A stretch of 64,000 nt of DNA, taken from assembly GCA_040954595.2 (NCBI GenBank), contig CM082580.2, positions 8,224,390 to 8,288,389 of the forward strand, given 5' to 3'. The position numbers and the translations under genes are program-made. Source of the DNA: Balanoglossus misakiensis (Eukaryota; Animalia; Hemichordata). Shown piece by piece: positions 56,861-64,000 of the stretch (position 1 is the stretch's first letter; each line of letters starts with the position of its first letter). The notes beneath the pieces are model-generated. The model had not been told where the DNA came from, made no database searches, and was given only the letters and a program-made list of their open reading frames with translations.

Positions 56861-59800
56861 GTCAACAGACTATGAGCGGAACAAAGTTGAAATCGTGAAA
56901 GCAAGATTTATCCGGTAAAATGGAACAACGTCAGCTTTTCGTAAACAATCTCAAAATATAATATATATAAGTGTGTAATCGCGCCCGAAGGCCGCTGATA
57001 CGAGCAACCAGAAAAAAAACATTACCGCTAAAGGCATTACACAAATGAGTTGAGAAAATTATATGACCTTTCCCTCAACCCTCCACGGCCCTACCTTGAG
57101 GTCCAAAAACATGTCATTAATTTTCAATTATATTTATTTCGAGGAACATAGCCCATAAAGAAAAGAAAAAAAGTAAAAAAAAACACGGGTGAAGTGTTTA
57201 GCTTTTTTCTATAACATTAGGCCAAAAAATAATATGTGCTGTTCCGATTACATGGTTTTCAAAAAAGGTACATTTAGGTAGGTAGGGAATTTTTTTTATT
57301 TGGCAATTGTTTTATATCTTTGGCCGCCGTAGTGTAGAATAATGTCGTCATAGTTCTTGCGTGATTTTCGCAATTTTCATAAATTTTGTATATTTGACAT
57401 TTGTGTCGTCGCACTTCAATCTGTCACGTGATTTCTGATTTCAGCAAGTCGCTGGTGCAAGAGACGTAGACCCGCACAATCACATCGTCATCGACGCCCC
57501 CCGCAGAGATCACATGGTGACTGCACACGGGCTTTCACGTATCAGTCGCACACTCGTTTGTTGCTTTCATAATACGCTGTTGATGCTGTCTCGCCTGACA
57601 GAACTGAGAAAAGGGTCGTGCTATCGCTTTAAAAGTGTTCCACTCCTGTTCAGCGCACCCACCGCTCTATGGGGAAATCCGGTAAGACTGGCTTCCTTGC
57701 ATTCAATAGTGTCAACCACACTAGGGCTTCTTCAATTATCGGTGTCTTATGTTATATTATGTTTTTATGGAAGGTCGGTTGTTGTCAGTGTGTTTGTTTT
57801 AAATCCGCAAATATCTGTTTCAAAATCAGTCCATCAGAATGACTACCTATACAGCGTTAAAACCGTGTATGCAACGGGGATAAGGTCTGCGTCGGCAGAA
57901 TAGGCAGCGTCGTTTCTCGAATAAACCCGACGAAGTCAGCGCGAATCGTATCAAAAACAACAACATATACACATACACGTAAGTGATTTTAAGGTATAAT
58001 TTAAAAGTTTAATCTCCGAGGAATGTGGCACCCCTTAAAGATAATCTAAATTTAATTTAAAAATGCTAGCGCGTCGATAAAATTATTTCATTCGTCGAAG
58101 CCATTCAAAGCGCGAGGGAACGGTGAGACCACTCATTGGCGAAGTCACGCGCTATACCGTCTAACAATGATCAGGCGCAAGGTGTGCATTCGACAGGAGC
58201 GAAGAACTCACAATGCAAAGCAGCATTACACAAAAGTCCACGCGCCGAGAATGTATTAAATTCATCGACAGCTATAAATCGACCCCCTTCAGTGAATCGT
58301 GTTTACAGACCAGAGCCACAAGCATGGATTTCTTCAAATACGCAGTTTGATATTTACTTTTGGTTTTTGCCCTGGGCCAATGAAATGTAACTGGTGTTGA
58401 CAGTTTTAATATGAGAGCAAGGGCCTCGGAAAAAAATATCTGGAAGGTAATCTGAACCTTATAAATTAATTACGTTCGATTAGATTCGATGGGTGGGGCA
58501 TACGCCGTATGTACAAAGGGATACACAATTCCCTTTGATTGTTTTGAACACCATCCTGGCTAAAACTCGAAACACCTGAACCTCACTGCTAATTTACATA
58601 TTCTCTTATATACATGTAGTTAAATGGCCTGGGCTATTTCAAATGCGAATCAATGCAAGTGTCACCAAGTCACAGAGTCGCTGATCTCACTTTCACCGAA
58701 AATAAAATTCTCCGGTTCTTTTAAGACAGGCTTCTCTCCGAAATAAGCCTAAATAATTTATGATATTTCTTTATGTCCGTGGGTTACGATCAGCTACAGT
58801 AATTTAAGATTCCAAATGTCAGTGTTTGTCTAAGCTACCGGGCATCATCTCACGCTGTTTTCTCAAAAGCCGCACAACAAAGACGCGCTGTGGGCGCCAA
58901 AACACGTGGCAGAAATATGCGTAATATAAGAAAAGTCGTCAGGACTACATCGTGATGAAATCTCGCCCCAAATAGCTTAAGGGGTAGATGCTAAACGTGT
59001 GAAGAAGATGTAGCTACGTGCATTGTAAGGCATTGAACTGCCTGGAGTTCAAAACAGTTGAAAAAGGGTCCACAGATTTGAGGTCACGTGACAGTTTGTT
59101 TTCTCAACCTCGACATAAATGTACTTCGTTCCGCGATAGAGATAGGGGCCGTGATGGAATCAATCGGATTGTACGAGGACTCGAATTTTAAGGTTCTCGC
59201 AAAATCTCGACCAAGGCAACAAATGCATCGGTTTTCTCCGAGTTCATTCAAACCCTGTCTTGGCCACTATACGTCTATACGCAGTTAATATTGCGCATCT
59301 CAGGCCGGGTGACAGAGGGAAACACACGGACAACGGCAAGTCTCACAGAATATACAGAGATGGAACCCCGACGATTGTATTTCGCTTTGCAACTTCAAGG
59401 GCAGCTAGGGCGGGAATGGACACCGGATGAGGAAAACACCACGTCCTTTAGAGTTACACGCACCGGTGATCATTACCCGTCATGCACCCGGCCGGCGTAA
59501 TCCGCTGATTGACAGCAGATCTAGTTGAATCACTCAGGAATGTAATCAAATGCTCAAAATCGAATCTAAGATTTAGGGCGCTGTCACAGTAGACGTTGAA
59601 ACGAGAGAGAGCAAACGTCGTTCAATGTAAGTACTCTAGCCGCGATCGGTTTTATTGCTTCTATAGCCCTTGTTTATCAAGTCGATTTGGAAATTACCCC
59701 CGATTGGGAGATAATGCGGCTTTATTTGATTTCAACTGACTTCCCGCGTGATCTGATTGAGTGATTCTTTATTGGTGGGCGTTTGTGTCGAGGGAATAAT

Positions 59801-62800
59801 GATTTTTCTCCACAAATCGTTTTTTTCCTAATCATGATAAAGTGAGAGACGGTTCTGCTAGAGAAAATTATTATCTTTACAAAAGACATTGGATGAAGCA
59901 CAAAGAGCACGTCGTATACGTATCGATGAACAAGTCCGAGTGCGAGAAATTGCATTCAGTGTAATTATAAACGATGGTAACCATGTATATATTTCAAAAA
60001 GGAAGCTTTAGCTTTAGGCACGGTTCTCGTTTCGTCTCAATCCACTAAAGATCTAGGCGTCAACAGGCAAAGTACACGAAATGTGTAGTTTGACGTGGAA
60101 CGTCTGGCCGAAAATTGATTTTGAAGTTAGAAGGTGATGTTTATTGACCCAATTTGGTTCTCGATCTCGTAACAGTATTGTATTGGTCATTTCAATCAAA
60201 TAAGAGAAGTGGCTAACCGAAATTGGAATCAAACAAGGCATTTTTTCGCATCAATCTGAGAAAAAGAGAAACAAACACGACTGCTTGTCAATGCAATCTG
60301 TCGATCAGCGGTCGCAGCTGACGCGCGCGCCACTGGTTCGTCGGCCCGCGAAGGCTAAAACCAATGGAACAGTTCTCGAACTGTCAAAAGATACTATCAC
60401 AATTCGATGCATTTGAGAAAAACAGAGGTTTGTATGGCAGTGAAGTGTTTACTTAAAGGTCGATGCATTGACGCAGATCACCTTTGTTCCCGTGTTTATT
60501 ATCTCCTCCACTTTGAAATTTAAAAAAAAGGAATTTCCGCAAAGTATGCAATTATACGATGTCAGTACACGGGGGACACCTGGGATAAGCAGAATGAAAG
60601 CGCAGAGGAAATGCCTTATCCAAAAAAGAACCAGAGATAAGCCAATGCAACTTCCAGGGATATTCAAATCTGCATCAATGGTATGTGTATACCCATTAAA
60701 TCACGGGGCGTAATCTCACTGACCGCTGAACTTGCCTCAGCCATTCCCGGGCAAAAAAGAAAGAAACTCCGGTGATGTTGAAATATTGAAGTCAACAGAG
60801 AAGAAACCATTATGTAAATGCATCCTTAATTGAATACCGTGCGCCCTCGTTTCCAGTAGCAACGGATAATTCATTCCGCTGCCAGTCACCACTGCGTCGA
60901 TTCGTAAAGACTTTCTACACTTTGCGCGCGATCTTAATGCCGTTCCCTTTTTTCTTGATTGTCAACTATTGCCACGGACGCGACGCACTCAGTTGATATC
61001 ACTCTCTTATTTAAAGAGAAAACGAACGCGGAAATTAAATTTCAAATCCTCTGCCGCGATCCGAACAGATATCGCAAAATTCCCACCGTTAAAAAAGTAA
61101 GATGAAATAAACTAGATTGATCTGATTGCCAGCTACTCTGAATGCAGCCACAAGTGCAGATTGGATCTACCGGTTAAACTATCGTGGAAAAGCAATTTAA
61201 ACTGGAATAAAGGTGACAGTGTCAATCTCTAGGATTGCTTAAGGGAACGCCAAGTATTCGTCAGCTCAAAGACAATACATTCAATTCATCCACAGCGGTA
61301 TTCTATTTAATCGTTAAAGTTCACATGATATTTAAATTTGGGGTGCTTGTTGCAATTATGCAGTCTCACCAGAACGTCAGATATCACATCGAATTTAACA
61401 GCGCTGTTTGTGGGTGGGTGTGATCAAATTCCGTTGCGAGGAGACTTTAACTGCGTCCCTGACATCAAACCTCCAAGTCGTTGTCCTCTAACTATGTTTG
61501 ATTTAGAGTAGAATGAATCTCTTAATTCATAATTTACGTACATGTCTATCACCTTTCAAGTGTCATTCCGGAGTATACATGTACGTTCCTTGTGCTTTTT
61601 CCCAAGTGCGTCATACAACTGTTCAGTCCGTGTTTGTCAGTTGAATCATTCAGGAGAATGATTTGTTGTTGTTGGAAGAAATGAATGTTGAAGTTTATTG
61701 ATATTATTGGGGCAGAGGTGGGAACGTTGGAGGCCAGAAAGCTCTGTGCTGAGATAAATTATAATTGTATGAGTCATATTTGAGGCAGTACACCTGGTTT
61801 TGGACCCCATTTGAAAGTGTCGAAAAACGCCTTATTGCTAAAGTTGCTGATTAGCAGGGACTATGTCATCGACAATCACCTGTAGCCTTTGTCGCTGTCT
61901 CTTTGGTCTCCCTGCGCCATTAGCCAAATTGTCTTTGTTTTCCACAATGTTCCAATGAAGGATATTTCTAAAATGTAAAAAGAAAACGTGCGCATTATAC
62001 GAAGCGTATTTTATTCTCGTAAAATAGAAATAGTATTTTTTCAAAGTACGCCTGAATTATAGTCGAGACGCCAGCGTGACGAACTGAATAGTTCCTGAAA
62101 AATGACGACAAAGAAATTGTAGTAGCGTACGGCGCGCGTGTCTGATTCTTTAAGCTTCACGGAAGCACGAGTAAAGCACGAGTCTGCTGGCAAGATAGTT
62201 TCTTGTGCAAGCTAATTCGTCATTTCCTCCACTCGCTGCAGTCACATTTAAACAGTCTCTCGGTCATTTTTGTGACTGTTAAAAATAACGGATTACTCAG
62301 TTACATATCACGCTTAAGCTCATAATCTGGCATGTCAGTGTGCGATGAATTACACATTCCGGTGGGGGTAATGGGGGATTATGGAATGAGCCGCGAACAG
62401 TCGTCATAGGTCACGTGGTACAGCAGAGGATTGGGGGGAAATGTGCTTCTTCAGTCTCTTGCATAAGAGCGCAAATGACTGGTGTCATGCGCAGAGATTC
62501 TCAGTCAAATCCTCCTCAAACGCTTAGGACAAACTGTCATGAAACTGTTACCCCAGTCCAACTTACTGTTATGATACGAGACTCTGACCTCCGTTTACAA
62601 AAAGAAATCTTAATTAAACCATCAGTTATTATCATTATTATTAAGTGACATCAGCACTGCCTGCGTGTACTATCACACACCCTTTCCCACGATTTACGGA
62701 CCATTTCACGTCACAAAACGATAAATCGTGTCTATATCACGGCAAAAATGTAACGCAATTCGAACCACGCCCGTTAAATTAATGTGAGACAGCACAGCCA

Positions 62801-64000
62801 TTGATTGGATTACTACAACAGGCCTCGGCCAACTGGCAACCACAGTGGGCAGCATTTGTAAGGGTCTGGACAGAATTAACGAGGGGGGGGGGCTGGTGTC
62901 TTTTTCAAAATGGTGTCCTACAAAAAAACAGTGACCATCCCCACATTGACCCAGCTAACCCTCCCTCCCCAATTACTGCTTTATATATGCCAGAGTTGCA
63001 ATACTTTGGCCAACACCACACTTCTTGAGTTAGCGGAACAGAACAGTGCATTGTTGCGCTCTTTTCGCAATCGAGATAATATGGAGATCTTCTCTGTATT
63101 ACAAGATCGTTAATATTTAAACACCAGTCAACTGAGCAACTCCAGTAACCCCATTACGATATAGGCTTGTTAAGATTTCAAGCAAATCATACAAACACGG
63201 TGCCACCAGCAAATATTAAGAATTTCACCCAATCGTCGTCGGAGATGCAGTCATTTGTGAATAACACCTCGGGGATAACTGTGTTGAATGCTGAACTGTA
63301 ATCTACGAACGGAATTCCAGCTTAAGTACTATAGGAGATTCTGGATGGTTAAGACTGCTATGGAGAGCACCATTGGCTTATCCATTCGAGCATATGCAGA
63401 TTGAAATGGGTCAAGAAATGAACTAGTTACAGATTTAAGTTACAGATTTTTCGTTGGCACTATTTAAAGTGTGTCCTAAAACGTTACCAGTTGGTTGGAT
63501 TCGGCTGTGGCGGCGCATCAAGACAAAACTGAGAATCTGCACGCAAGGCTGCAATTTAAAAGAAGAAATATATGGCTTGCCAGCCGTGACAAATTACGGG
63601 GAAGCGATTGTATGACTGTCTCCAGCATTGTGGGAGAGGAGTGTGCATTTATCACAATGACGGGCGTTACGAACCATTAATGCGCCATTACTGAAATAGC
63701 CAGATAAATATACTTGCCCCCTCGTTCTCTGTCACACTTCATCAGAGTTTGATTTTACATGCACGGGGGGAAACTCGAGAGTTGAGTGAACGCCCTGGCC
63801 GGGTACGGTGTTAAGTGGCCTCAGTTTGAAATTTAACACGGATTGGGCGAGGATGTAACTCATTGTCGCCGCTGATGAACTGAGGGGATGTGTGTGTCAT
63901 CTCTTGCTTTATATATATCGTTCTCGTACAGAAAAATGCAAACCGGTGTAACAGTAAATCCCTACTTTATCACTTGTTATCAAAAGCATGACTGTACAAG

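Noticed and set aside
47000-64000. Numerous 60-130 aa ORFs
   Set aside because: Lengths are at chance level, with no domain signatures or consistent splice phases.

Overview
Intron-rich animal genomic DNA. Gene content and repeat style suggest an invertebrate deuterostome such as a hemichordate (inference only). The first 43 kb is gene-dense, and exon phases could be joined by hand for: the 3' end of MASTL/Greatwall (+), HIKESHI (-), FAM199X (+), two tandem ACP1/LMW-PTP paralogs (-), LIX1/LIX1L/lowfat (+), an MS4A/CD20-like four-TM gene (-) and an N-terminally short TRPM-like channel (+). The last ~21 kb has no intact gene that I can recognise. Highlights: (1) a 3.7-kb insertion in a TRPM intron with exact split direct repeats (A1...B1A2-spacer-B2; TOC1/PAT/Ngaro architecture), carrying a spliced, frameshifted ORF whose intron holds a ~19-unit poly(A)-bearing minisatellite; (2) one ACP1 paralog with two equal-length, probably mutually exclusive 188-nt exons that echo vertebrate fast/slow isoforms but include part of the catalytic loop; (3) three paralogous H/ACA snoRNAs plus a candidate long H/ACA RNA in FAM199X introns; (4) MITEs with 9-bp TSDs; (5) a possible decayed cystine-knot ligand gene. 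No searches were run; family calls rest on recalled motifs.
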